Shown piece after piece: positions 63,500-64,000 of a stretch of 64,000 nucleotides of DNA (the stretch's first letter is position 1; the number at the start of each line of letters is the position of its first letter). Where the stretch lies: NCBI RefSeq assembly GCF_963921235.1, contig NC_086108.1, positions 83,330,001-83,394,000 on the forward strand. Reading direction: 5' to 3'. Position numbers and translations under genes: made by a program. This DNA is from Mobula hypostoma (taxonomy: Eukaryota). Under the pieces are notes generated by a model. It was not told where the DNA came from, searched no databases, and was given only the letters and a program-made list of their open reading frames with translations.

Positions 63500-64000
63500 T
63501 CTGCACGCCACAACAGACAGGATCTCCTGGTTGCCACCCACTTCAACTCTGCTTCTCATTCGGATATGTCCATACATGGCCTCCTCTACTGCCATGATGA
63601 GGCTAAACTCAGGTTGGAGGAGCAACACCTCATATACCATCCAGGTAGTCTCCAGCCCCTTGGGATGAACATTAAATTCTGCAACTTCCGGTAATTCCCT
63701 CCCCCTCCCTTCTCCTATCCCAGTTTCACTCTGCCCCCTCCCCCAGCTGCCTACTACCTCCCTCATAGTTCCACCTCCTTCTACTACCCATTGTGTTTTC
63801 CCCTATTCCTTCTTCACCTTTCCTGTCTATCACCTCCCTGCTTCCCCTCCCCCACCCCTTTACCTTTCCCCTTACTGGTTTTTCCACCTGGAACTTACCA
63901 GCCTTCTCCTTCCCACCCTCTCCCCACCTTCTTTATAGGGCCTGTGCCCCTTCCCTCTTCAGTCCTGACGAAGGGTTCCGGCCCGAAACGTCGACTCATC
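63500..64000 (+). mobile_element. Penelope-like element, second subfamily (GIY-YIG C-terminus plus hammerhead)
   Basis: VATHFNSASHSDMSIHGLLYCHDEAKLRLEEQHLIYHPGSLQPLGMNIKFCNFR*, then a pyrimidine-rich tract and a hammerhead at 63961. Confidence 0.85.
63961..63996 (+). ncRNA. Minimal type I hammerhead ribozyme motif
   Basis: AGUC-CUGACGA-AGGG-UUCCGG-CCC-GAAACGUC-GACU. Confidence 0.8.

Noticed and set aside
47049..64000. First MOB3 coding exon, or an intronic interferon gene as in human MOB3B
   Set aside because: No DKTFRP-type or interferon-like ORF is seen, and the residues favour MOB3C.

Overview
Repeat-rich vertebrate genomic DNA. The repeat content (CR1, Rex-Babar, V-SINE, Penelope-like elements) suggests a cartilaginous fish, probably a ray; this is inference. 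Two host genes lie on the minus strand. (1) The last two coding exons of a MOB3 kinase activator, best match MOB3C: a 203-nt exon at 46846-47048 and a 30-nt terminal CDS at 32671-32700; the first coding exon lies outside the window. (2) A CpG-rich first exon at ~13.55-13.7 kb of the next gene, probably MKNK1 by MOB3-MKNK synteny (no kinase exon is visible). The rest is largely transposable elements: a complete but mutated tRNA-Trp-primed Ty3/Gypsy element (CsRn1-like) nested in a CR1; an IR/DR Tc1 element; many CR1, Rex-Babar, L1, Tx1, RTE and SINE fragments; and MITEs. The most striking hidden structure is a family of at least 10 minimal hammerhead ribozyme motifs (AGUC-CUGAnGA-stemII-GAAACGUC^GACU). 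They sit in Penelope-like retroelement termini, some linked to GIY-YIG endonuclease remnants, with 12-16 bp target-site duplications, inverted-pair architectures, recurrent endpoints, and one junction at the predicted self-cleavage site. Boundaries of old repeats are approximate.
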